Part shown: one piece after another, positions 25,401 to 38,785 of the stretch
Numbering within the stretch: position 1 is the first letter of the stretch
Layout of the letters: each line of letters opens with the position of its first letter
Origin: Eledone cirrhosa
Taxonomy: Eukaryota
DNA length: 64,000 nt
Direction of reading: 5' to 3'
NCBI GenBank assembly: GCA_964016885.1
Contig: OZ024755.1
Span: 1,302,001-1,366,000, forward strand
Notes under the pieces: model-generated
What the model was told of the DNA's origin: nothing
Seen by the model: only the letters and a program-made list of their open reading frames with translations
The model's database searches: none
Made by a program: the position numbers and the translations under genes

Positions 25401-28400
25401 CCCTAGAAGAAATCTGCTGTATTCAGACCTGGAGAGGAGATGAGTTCTGCCAGGTTTAAAAATGCCCTAGAAATGACGTATGTTAACACAGCGCTTTTAC
25501 GGCTCCTTCAGGTGTTACGGGATCATGCATGTCTATATATGGTCATCATTTTATTAGCTAATTCATAGCATTTCCATGCATGAGCAAACCACTGTTTATA
25601 TTATTTAGATAATTTTCAATTTAATTCCAGATCATTCATGATGGGAAAACATTTGTACCAGTCATTGGCGGTTATGACCTACAGATACCTCTTAGTGGGT
25701 CATTAGTCTTTCCTTTTAATTTGGAAGGAGAATACATCTTTATCTTGTAAGTATATTATTTCAAATTCCATTGTCTTAATCTTTAAAATATTTATCGTCT
25801 AAGAAGATATTTTTCTCTGAAAGAAATCTGCTGTACTCAGGCCTGGAGAGGAGATGGGTTCTGCTAGGTTTTAAAATGCCCAAGAACCGCTCTATGTCAA
25901 TATAGCGCCCTTATGACTCCATCAGGAGTTACAGGACCATACCATCATACCAAACCTACTCTGTAACACTCAGTTCTGTTTATTATTATCTATATTGTGA
26001 AATATCTCTAATCAAAATATATCTATTATCACCTCAATTACTATTGGTATCTATACTGTGTTATACTCTAATCAATATATATCTATAAACACATCAATTA
26101 CTATTGGTATCTATACTGTGTTATACTCTGTTCCATATATATCTATAAACACCTCAGTTATTATTGTTTTCTCTCTGTTTCGTCCTAAGGAATAATTCTA
26201 TAAATCAAATATTGACTGTCACAGTGCACCCAAAACAGGATCTCATTGTCGAGGTAACTAATGATGGTTTTGAACCAGACGTTATCAGAATCAACAAAGG
26301 AACCTCTATCAAATGGCACTGGCACCAATGTGCTGTTCGACACACAGTTCAAGAAGTTCTGTACTGTGTGAGACATTCAAAGTTTTATACAAAATCTCAG
26401 ATGTAAGTATTCTTATATTCTAAATTGTAGCTTTCCTTTTCATGTTTGGTAATTCAACAAAAGAGTTTTTCAAGTTGTAGTTATCTGGGATTTGATCTGA
26501 GACTGTGTGCCAAAACTAAACCATTTACATCACTGAACAGTCATTTTAGCCTTTCAAAAATACACAAAAACTGTTAAATTCACTTTAAATTTTTTTCTTG
26601 CCATCTAAATATTTATCAAACTCGTGACTAGGCCATTGACAAATTTTCATATCCTATTTCTTTTTCACATTCTTACTAATCAATAAAATTGGGTATTATA
26701 TATATATATATATATAATATATATATATATATATTACATACATACATACATACACACATACACGGTGTCCCAAAAAATGTATACACACTTTGATTACTTG
26801 TACGGGCAATATTTATTAGAATGCTGTTAAAGAGTGTATATACTTTTGGGGGACACCCTGTATATACATAGATCATCATCATCATCGTTTTTACGTCTGC
26901 TTTTCCATGTTTACATAAGTTATTTGCCTCTAATAATCTGTTATTGATCTTTTACAGGCCCCACATGGGAACACTATCAGGGAGTCACCGACAACAATTC
27001 AAGTAAATATGATTAACTTTCTGAGTAGTACTGGACTTCCTTATAAGTTATAGCTTAGAGTCATACAGCCTTGGGGACTTCAGTGTAGCCAGAGCTGGAC
27101 TTACTTTTAGGTTATAGTTTAGAGTCACACACCCTTGGGGACTTCAGTGTAGCCAGGGCTGGACTTACCTGTAAGCTAAATAAACTATAACTTAGGGCTA
27201 CATACCCTCGGGAGCCTCACTTTTTAAACAATATCTATTTGGCAAATAAAATAAATCAATTTGTAAGTAATTAAATTTTGTGATCATTAATGAATAATAA
27301 TCATGTATAATTATTTTTAATTTTTTTACCTGAATATTTTTAGAGAAGGGCCTCAAATTTCATATATCTTAGGTCCTCAAATTTCATATATCTTAGGTCC
27401 TCAAATTCCATATAGTTTAGGGCCTCAGCAGGTGAAAGTTCAGCTCTTATTCTGAAGACCTTCTATATCAATATACAAGGAAACTGAGGTGGTCAGTGAA
27501 TCAGTTGTCATTAAAATGTTGGATATGTTGGAGTTAGTTTCTGAGTAGATTTAATCAGAGAATATTTATAAGAACTGAATCTAAACTAATAATTCTGTTT
27601 ATTGAAAACTAACCAATAGTTAAAAGCTTCATCGTATGTATTTTATTACAATAAATAATCTAACAAATTTGTTATAAAAGGCCCTGGGTGGGAAAAAAGT
27701 TGACATTGTCGTACGTGGGATGATGTCAACTTTTTCCCATCCAGGGACCATTTATGCCGACTTTAAACAAATATAGTAAAAGATACACAGGCATTCAAGC
27801 TTCCACTCTTGCTCAGTTTTCAATAAATACATATTCTCTCAGATAGATAATTTTATATATTAATGAGATTTTTATGTATTTTTTTTGTTTTATTTTTTAT
27901 TATTGTTTTTTTTTGTTTTGTTTTTTTCCAGAAAACCTGGTATATATTACTTTCGTACAGAAAGTTCTGATGTCAACAAACTTCATTATTGTGCAGTGGT
28001 TGTCAGTGAAGTAAATTGGTAAGATTCTACTTTATTATAATCTTATTATAAACCAAATGTTTGAAGTTTTTATATAAATTTATTAACCCTTTAGCATTTA
28101 CATTACTCTATATTTACTATTATATTTTCATGGTAAAGGTTTGACCTCATAACTATCTCGCATAATATCAAATCTGTGAGATTTTGATATTATTTATTTT
28201 GAGAACAATACCTTAATGTCTGGATGAGTGACCAGTTATAGTCAGTTTGAACAGAAAGTGGTGAGAGAATTCTGGCCGGATATGGCCGGTTTAAATGCTA
28301 AAGGGTTAAGTAGAATAAAATTTTCTTCTAAAACTTTTTTAGCTAGAATATGACTAAAGTCTGACTCGAGTCCAGAGACACATCAGGCTGGTGTTTATCT

Positions 28401-28917
28401 TGGTGTTAAGTGACTGAGAGTACAAAACTTCCCCTGGGCAGGCCGGCAGTCCATTGCAGGGTTAAAGTCTGTCTCGGAGTACTAGACTCCCCCCTGGAAA
28501 GAAACAAGTGGTACTTTATGTTCTGAGTTCAAATCCCAACAAGGTCAACTTTGCCTTTCATCCTTACAAGGCTGATAAAATAAAATACCAGTAATGCACT
28601 AGGGTTGATTTAATTAACTTTGCCTTTAATCTTTGCAAGGCTGATAAACATACCAGTAATGCACTGGGATCAGTATAATTGATTGTCCCCTTTATCTCCA
28701 AAATTGCTGGCCTTGTGCCAAAATTAGAAACCATTTTAAGTTAACTTATTTTCCTTTAGAAATCCATTATCTGATTGACATTTTGTTTATTTCCAGTGAA
28801 TACAGAATCAATGTGTTGGACAATATGTTTCAGCCATCAATTCTTGTGATAGAAGAAGGAGAAACTGTCTGGTGGCACTGGAACCATGATCTGGTCTGTA
28901 TATCTACTACATATACA

Positions 28918-28959
<42 letters not shown>

Positions 28960-30836
28960 CGTCTAACCCATGCTAGCGTGGAAGAACGGACGTAAAACGG
29001 TGATGATGATATATATATATATTTATACATACATACATATAATTTAATGTAGAAATGGTTTCTACAGGATGAGAACTGCTATATTAAATAATGATGTTCA
29101 CACTCTACTAATGTATTGAGTACCTTATTTACTGTGGTTAGCCCCAATTTAACTCAGGATCTACATATACATGTATATATATATATATATGTGTGTGTGT
29201 GTGCGTGTGTGTGTTATATTTGGCAATACTGGCAATATGACCATCACAAAATATAACAAATATGTAAATAAATATATTGTGTTATTAAACACACATTCAT
29301 GTCACTGAAAAGTTACTCTAATAATTGATTCCTCTTGTCTTTTTATTGTCAGTGTGAAAATACCCACGCTATTTTCCAAATGAAACCTCCTGGACTAAAC
29401 TCGTATGTATACGAACCATTTCAGGTAAATTTCTTTATTTTCTTTTGAACCTTAGTTTAAATTATCATTAATTGTGTTGTTGGAGGATTGGCAGTAGAAT
29501 CGGTAGAGCGTCAGTCAACATGCTTTGTGGCATAGAGTTACAGCCTTTTATATTCTGGGATCAAATGCTGCTTAGCTTAGCTTTGTTTTTCATCTTTATG
29601 TGGTCGATAAAATAAAGTACCAGTAATGCACTGGAGTCAGAAATTTGTTATCTACTCACTTCTGTATTGATCTGCAGTGATGAAATCAGTTTTATAGAAT
29701 AGCAATTGTAAATCAATAGAATTGAGACAAGAATATATAATATATATGTTCAATATTTCTATATTAAATACTGATGTTTACACTCTAGAATATATAATAT
29801 ACTTGAATTTAATTGAAACAGTTCAATTTTCTACACTTATAGATTTATTGATTCAATATGTTTTATTTCCTTTGTTATTGACAGCCAGTAGAAGATGGAT
29901 TTATGTGGATGGACCCAAGGTGACTATATTAAATATTATACCAAACCCACATATGTACATCTGGTAGGGTTTTATTAACCCACTTATCCCATATGTACAT
30001 CTGGTAGGGTTTTATTAACCCACTTATCCCATATGTACATCTGGTAGGGTTTCATTAACCTACTTACCCCATATGTACATCTGGAAGGGTTTTATTAACC
30101 CACTTATCCCATATGTACATCTGGAGGGATTTCATTAACCTACTTACCCAATATATACATCTGGAAGGGTTTCATTAACCTACTTACCCCATATGTACAT
30201 CTGGAAGGGTTTCATTAACCTACTTACCCCATATGTACATCTGGAAGGGTTTTATTAACCCACTTATCCCATATGTACATCTGGAGGGGTTTCATTAACC
30301 TACTTACCCAATATATACATCTGGAAGGGTTTCATTAACCTACTTACCCCATATGTACATCTGGAAGGGTTTCATTAACCTACTTACCCCATATGTACAT
30401 CTGGAAGGGTTTCATTAACCTACTTACCCCATATGTACATCTGGAAGGGTTTCATTAACCTACTTACCCCATATGTACATCTGGAAGGGTTTCATTAACC
30501 TACTTACCCCATATGTACATCTGGAAGGGTTTTATTAACCTACTTACCCCATATGTACATCTGGTAGGGTTTTATTAACCCACTTACCCCATATGTACAT
30601 CTGGTAGGGGTCACAAACTATTCTTCTTTTATCTTTAGTTCCCAAGGTTTAATGGCCCAGATGTTTACAAAGTCAGGAGTGTATTACTATTCTGACCAAA
30701 ACGACCAATTCTCGGCCGACATCATCGGAACTATAATTGTCAAATCCAAACCAAAAGACTATCATGTGAATGTCAATGCTCAAATTGGTTTCGTTTGTGG
30801 TAAGTGGAAATATTCAGCTTTATATGATATATATAT

Positions 30837-30869
<33 letters not shown>

Positions 30870-30887
30870 CTATATATACACACACAG

Positions 30888-30948
<61 letters not shown>

Positions 30949-33900
30949 CACTTTGGTTGTAAGTTTTGTGAATCATGGCTGGCTAGGATGCTAAACAACA
31001 ACAACAATAACAGACTTATAAAATTGCAATAATCTGATGATTTTCTTTTTAACTTATTTTACAGATTTAATGCGGTTAGAAACCAATGACCGAGTCTGGT
31101 GGAACTGGACAGACAAAGAGAAAAAACACAGCAAAATAAACAGCTTCAATGAATTAGATAGATATATAAACCCTGTTGTAAAACAGCCATTACAATGTTG
31201 CTTAGGTAAGTCTTATATCACCACTAATGACCATAATACAATGTTGCTTAGGTAAGACATATCACCACTAATGACCATAATACAATGTTGCCTAGGGAAA
31301 CCTTATATCACCACTAATGACCATAATACAATGTTGCCTAGGGAAACCTTATATCACCACTAATGACCATAATTCAAGTTATTCTATAAAACTCTGTGAA
31401 ACATTGAAGCTTGGTTACCATTCCTGTTTTGTCAATTACAATAGATTGGCAGAATCTTGAGAACATCAGACAAAAATAACTATTTTCTTTTTTTTTTTTT
31501 TCATTTCCAGACAAAAATGAAACTCCTGACGAAGAAAGCAAAAAGATTTTAAACAAAGTTGGATTGATTTGTGTGTGTATAACAACAATTGGAGTATATA
31601 CATACTCTGTGGCCTGCATAAAAGATACTATTAGCACCTGTACTATAATTGCTAAGCCTGCTCCAAAGGTAAGATATTGGCACTACTGTTCTTCTTAAAC
31701 ACCTGTCTCAAAGGTAAAGTATTTACACTATTATTGTTAAACACCTGTCAAAAGACATTCAAGGTAATATTAACACCTGCCCCAATGGTAAAACATTCAA
31801 AATATTGAGAATACTTCGCTGAGGTTAACTTTGTCTTTCATCCTTACAGGGTCGATAAAATAAAGTACCAGTAATGAATTGGGGTTGATTTAATTGACTT
31901 TCTCCTCCCAAAAAATTGATGGCCTTGTGCCTAAATGAGAAACCATTAATTAATCTAATGAGATTTGACTAATTATTGTTGTTCTATTTTTAGAATCATA
32001 CAATCCACATTAGCGAGGAAGGTTATGAGAAGCATGCCATCACTATACGCCCTAATGACTTTGTTTGGTGGGTGTGGCAGAATGAAAAACTCCCTCACAA
32101 TATTGCACAGGTAAATACAATTTTCTGAACACAAGATGTATAGTTAGTAGAGGTAAGCCAAAGTAGACTTGGGCAGAAGTGGTGTGAGTGTGTGTGTGTG
32201 GTGGAGGGGTCTTGTGATGCTGAACTACACAAAGGAGATTACGAAAAGAATTAGGCAAGTAGTAAAACGCTGTACTGAAGAGGACTCATCTAACCAATAC
32301 AAACACAGAGGAAAAAAGAAGCATAAACATGAGATGGCTGGGTCATGTGTGGAGGGAAGATGTGATTGGGTGAGAGGAATGATGGAAATGAATGTGAAAG
32401 GAAGTAGGGGAAGAAGAAAACTAACACAGACATAACTAGAGATGATTGAGGGGGAAAGATCGGGCAAAATGGATAAAACTTGTTATGAGACCCATAAAGC
32501 CCATTTTCTCAGTTTTAGGGGGAAAACGGGACGTAAAATATTTATTGGTGTTTTTCCAGTTAAATATTTGGTTATAATGCCAATATTTTTTTTAATTGAT
32601 TTTTTTTTCAATTTCCAACATTTTTAGGTTACTTATTCCTCTGAGTTAGTTCCAGGAGGATTCAACAGTGGAGCAGTAAGAGAATCTCCTTCTGCCTTCA
32701 TGTACCAATTCCATGCTCCAGGGACATATTATTATCAAAGGTATGAACAGTTTCAAACTTTCTGTTGTCTCATATTGAAGAAACTAAGTTTTACTCAATG
32801 GTTTATGTTTAAAATGTTTATCATTATGTTAAATATATTACAAATTAAATTTTCACTTCAAAATTAATATTATTAAAAAAAATATAACTGAAATTAAAAT
32901 TATTTTTTTTCAGTTTCCCACTTAAAAAGATAGGGGTCATTCAAGTCACAACCCAAACACAGGTAAAATTATAAATTAGCCTTTTTTTTTTACAATACCA
33001 AAAGAAAATAACTGATTTAATTTCTTAAAATATTTAAAATCTTGTGTATCCAAGCCATTTCTTTTGTTCAGTAATCTATATTTGATAGACCCCTAAAGAA
33101 TATAACAATATAAGGTACTATAACTCCTATTTTTTCAGTTAACTATATTTGACAGCTCCCTAAAAATATAACAATGTGAGGCACCATAGCTCCCTGTTGT
33201 ACTTGTCCCCATCGAGACCTCTGGTGTCCTTGGTCCCCATCAAAACCTCTGGTGTGTGTCCCCCCCCCTCCTCCTGCACTGCTGATTTCCTTTTTGTTCT
33301 GTTAAATATTGTCTTTAATCTTGTTCTTATAAGACATCAGTCAACACTCCGTTACCTCAATTCTTCAACCATTATCTAGAGTGGATGGCTGTAATCGATA
33401 GAGCATCGGAAAACATGCTTTGTGGCATAGTTACATCCCTTTAGGTTATGGGTTCAAATCCTGCCGAGGTTAACTTTGCCTTTCATCCTTACAGGGTTGG
33501 GTTGATAAAATAAAGTACCAGTAATGTACTGGAATCAATTTAATTGACTGTCCCCTCCCCAAAACTGTTGGCCTTGAGTCTAAATCAGAAAAATTTATAT
33601 TTTACCAAAAATAATAAATAAAATGAAGTGAAAATGAAATGTTTTTTTGTTCAGATCCAAGAAATCTCGGTGGACATTAACAACATCCAACCAGACCCAG
33701 TTGTAATTAACGTTAACGATGTTGTTTGTTGGATATTTAAAGTCCCAAAACCTTTTGATCTTCAGGAAGTCAATTATTTAAACAGAATTATATCACCCGA
33801 GACACTACATGACGAATTCATCAAACGGTACAATTATTATTATTATTATTATTGGTAGTATCAGTAGAGCATCAGACAACATGCTGTATGGCATAGGGTT

Positions 33901-36900
33901 ACGGCCCTTTACATTCTAATTTCAAATCCTGCCAAGATTAGTTTTGCCTTTCATCATTATGGAGTGGATAAAATAAAGTAGCAGTAATGCACTGGGGTCG
34001 ATAGAAATGACCACCACTGCCACAAAAAAAAAAAAAAAAAAAAAAAAATTGATGACCTTGTGCATAAATTAGAAATGATTATTTACATAATTTATTCACA
34101 CTGAATCATTTTCGTAAATAATATACAAATAGATTTATTACACCATATAACAGAAACTATTTTATATTTACATCATGTAAGAGTCCTTTATACCAGTTAT
34201 ATCTTGGTGTCAACATTCCTGTCACTATTAGTGACCTGGTTGTTGATATAACTCCGCTGTAATGATAATTGGAAAAGGAATTTAACAATTTTTTTCTGCA
34301 TTTTATTTTTTCTTATTTTTTAAATTTATTTAAATTATCTTTTTCAGGATTTGCATAGCAAAAGTCTTTGAAGAGTCTGGCCTGTTTCATTTCACCTCTA
34401 AATCTTTCCTGAAACAGAAGGTAAAACTTCAAAGATTAATTCCATTTGTTGAATTTAAATACCACTTCTGGATTTCTCTGGACTTATTCTATATACTCAA
34501 ATATAAGACCATATGAATATAAGCTGACCCCAATAATTCTATATACTCAAATATAAGACCATCTGAATATAAGCTGACCCCAATAATTCTATATACTCGA
34601 ATATAAGACCATATGAATATAAGCTGACCCCAATATTTTAAGTTGTGAAATGGGGAAAAATCCTTATTTATGTAATCTATAAATATGTTCAATTTCTTTA
34701 TAAATGATATTTTAGTTTGTGATTAAAGTTATAGGTGATCAATATAGTTTGTTTGTTTTTTACAGGGGAACAATGAAACCCCAGCAAGATTGAGTACAGT
34801 GATTGTAGACCCTGTTAATGACAGCACTGTAGTGTATGTGGATAATATGGGATTCCATCCTCAAAGTGTTGTTTTAGAAAGAGTAAGTAGGAAATTATTT
34901 ATCTAAGATATGAACATTAAATTTTTCATCCTGCAGAGGTTAACTTTGCCTTTCATCCTTACAGGATCAATAAAATAAAGTACCAGTAATACACTGGGGT
35001 AATTGCAGGCCTTGTGCCAAAAGTAAAAACAATTAAATTTCTCAATTTTCAGTAGATTTTTATGATATATTTTTTCAAATACACACAAGAAAAACAAACA
35101 AAAAATTATAACAAGAAAACTGCACACCCTCAGTTGAACAGAATATCTCAGCAATGACCCACAGCATACATGGTCCCGTAACTCTTGGTGGAGTCATAGG
35201 GGCACCGTATTGACATACACTGTTTCTTGGGCATTTTAAGCCTGATGGAGCCCATCCCTCTCCAGGGCTGAATACAGCAAATTTCTTCCAGAGAAAGATA
35301 GAAAGAAAGACACATAGAGGAAGAATCGACTCTGGTACTAGATAGGATGTTAAAAGCATTGAAATGAAGAACAACCAGTGACATCCACTACATCAGCCAT
35401 TCCCCCCTTCCTCAGAAGGAATCCCTTCACTCTGATTTGATGGAGATTTTTAACTTTAAAGAAACATAAAATGCCTGGAAAGATCAACAAAAAATAAAAT
35501 TAAATTCCCACCTTTTTTGTTTGTTCCCTAAACATAAATATGTAATATGAAACACTTATATATTTCTTAGAAAATCCTAAGCATGACTCTATTGTCATTT
35601 TTTCAGGGTCAGCAAGTTCTATGGAAATGGAAGGAACCTCACAACATCGTACATGTCACCTATTCTTCAGAAGCTGTAAGTCGACATTTCATATACTAAA
35701 GTAATTTTTTTTTTTTTTCGAAAATGTATTTTCATCATCATCATCACAGCACCTTGTAGGGATCGCACCTGCAGGCAGCCAACCCCACTCCGACAGAAAT
35801 GAGTAAGGATGTGGTCTAGGAGCCAAGAACACCAGAAGTCTCCATTGCTACGGGCTCTACCACAAACCTATCAGAGAGCAGCTGATATTTTAACAGTTTA
35901 AACCACCCCTATATAATATTCTAGGCTAATCAACTATGTTCTTCCTTCTTTTCTTTCTTTTCTTTCTTTTCTTTCTTTTCTTTCTTTTCCTTTCTTCCTT
36001 TTTATCTTTTATATCTTAATTCTATTTTCTTGGTTGATTCTTCAGGAAACTTCTGGAATCATCAATGGGAAATATTCCTTCAACAGCGGTAAAGCTGTCG
36101 CTAACAGTCAATTCTGTCATAATTTTTATGATCTTGGTGAACATTCTGTGATATCAGAAAAGGCTCTGGATTATTATGGCAGTGTTACAGTTATTGAAAA
36201 TGGTAAATACTTTCTTGGAATTGTTGACTTATTAAAACTTTCATCATCATCACTGTTTAATGTCCATTTTCCATGTTACCATGGGTTACGTGAGTTGTCC
36301 TAACGTTGTTAGACAAGTCGGATCAGGTGACCATGTCTTGCTCATACAGAACTGTTTCTGGCTTGGTTTCTACAGCTGAATGTCTTCCTGACACCAACAA
36401 CATATACTGGGTATACTGGGTGATTTTTATTGTGGCACCAAAATGACCAACTGACAGGTTGGACTGAGTGCTTTTTGTCGTGCTAATAATACAACCATGT
36501 TACAGGTTAGACAGGGTACTTTTTGTTGTGTTACCAACATGATTATCTTACAGGGTGGACTGGATGTCTTACAAAATGGCAAAGAGACTACTGCAGTTAA
36601 TGTAAATATTTCTAATGTAAAGCTATTCAAGAAAATATAACAAATAAATGTTTTAGTCTTCCTTTTATTTTATAAATCTTTGAATTTTATCTTGGTTTTT
36701 GTTTTTATTATTAAAAGCTCCAAAACTAGAAATGGTGTGTTTTATGGAAGACTACACTGGCAAAGAAATATGTTCAGGAGATACAATTAAACTATTTCAT
36801 CCTTTAAGTAAAAACACTGATATTAATTTAAAGCTATTATACACACTTGATGGCACTTTTCCTCATCCATACAATGAAAGTACAATGGTGAGTATTGTTT

Positions 36901-38546
36901 GGGGTTCATCACTTAATTTAAAAGCCCTAGTTATATTTATTAGATTCTTTGACCCCTTTTCTTACCCTATTTCTTATGGAATATCTCTGCCTATAATTTT
37001 TAATTAATTTTGAAAATCAAGTATTTGGAGGGATTTAGTAATATGTATAACTAACTTTCTCATTATTAAGCTCATGTTTGGAACATAAAGGTTCTTACAT
37101 ATTGTTATAACATATGAGGTCCCCAGTGTGTGTGTGGGGGGGGGGGGGGGGCTAAGTTATAGCTTATTTACCTTAAAAGTAAGTCCTGAACTGGCTACAC
37201 TGAGGCCCTCAAGTGTGTGAGACCCTAAGCTATAACTTACAGGTAAGTCCAGCACTGATTACACTGAGGTCCCTGAGGGGTGTGTGACCCTAAGCTATAA
37301 CTTATTTAACTGATAGGTAAGTCTTTCATTGATGTTAACCTGTCTTTGTAGGTTTACAATGAAACCAGTGGTATTGAATTTCTCCAGGGAGGAATCCATG
37401 TGATACGTGTTTTAGCAAGATGTAAGGGGTACTGCGACAGTGATGTCTTATACTCAAAGTAAGGAATAGCAAATACTACTACTGCTATTACTACTACTAC
37501 TATTGCTATTACTACTACTGCTACTACTATTGCTATTACTACTACTACTATTGCTATTACTACTACTATTGCTATTACTACTACTACTACTATTGCTATT
37601 ACTACTACTACTATTGCTATTACTACTACTATTATTACTACTATTGCTATTACTACTACTATTATTACTACTATTGCTACTACTATTGCTACTGCTACTA
37701 CTATTGCTATTACTACTACTACAACTACTGCTTTCTTTTCTCTTTTCTTTTTTCCATTCTTCTTGTCTTCTATTTTTTTACTATTTTTTTTTTTCCATTT
37801 ATCATTTTACTTTATCTTTTCCCCTCTTTTTTTGTCTTTTCATTTTATTTTTTTCTTATCTTTTCTTCAAAAACTGGGATTTGGTCTAATTCTCTAAACT
37901 CCCCATGTTAGAAACAGAATCGTTAGAGCATCAGACAGCAAGCTTTGCAGCATAGTTACGGCCTTTTATGTTCTGAGTTCAAATCCTGCCGAGGTTAACT
38001 TTGCTTTTCATCCTTACGGGGTCGATAAAATAAAGTACCAGTCACACACTGGAGCTGACTTAATCGACTTTCCCCTCCCCCCAGATTACCGGGCTTGTGC
38101 CTATATAAGAAATTATTATTATTACAGTTGCATTTATCTTGCTTTATGTTCATACGAGTTATCACCAAGTCACAACCAGTGACCTCAAGAGACAAGGTCC
38201 GCCATGTTCAAGAAAGAACATACATACACACACACGCATCTTTAGGTGTTTAGACTTGTGATGTACTTATATTGACAGAATCTTCCTTAGTATATGGGCA
38301 GTTCCCATTAGTACTATCTTTTGTATTTCTCCTATACGCGGGTTTCCTGGGATTTGCGATAAGTAATCATTAGACCCCTTAGGTATCATTCCTAGAGCAC
38401 CTACAACCACTGGTATTGTTTTAGTTCTCAATTTCCACATTTTTCCAATTTCTATCTCCAGGTCCTTATACTTGCTCAATTTTTCAAATGTTTTTATAGA
38501 TACATTCTTGTCTATTGGAACGGACATATCAATTAGCAGGCATACC

Positions 38547-38588
<42 letters not shown>

Positions 38589-38746
38589 ACGATTATATTT
38601 TTCTGCTTCAACCAATTCTGATGCAAAACTGATTGTTCCCAGTCTAAGATTAATAGATGATGTCCCAGAACATGGACCAACAGTAAGTACAGGGATATCA
38701 TCATCATTTCATTTTACGTCCACTTTTCCCTGCTTGCAAGGGTGGG

Positions 38747-38785
<39 letters not shown>

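Noticed and set aside
22372-36202. Multicopper oxidase, hemocyanin or functional blue copper protein
   Set aside because: No HxH/HCH multicopper motifs, no type-1 Cys/His/Met loop and no type-3 helical copper sites.
37503-37889. Poly-Leu ORF
   Set aside because: Intronic (CTA)n microsatellite.
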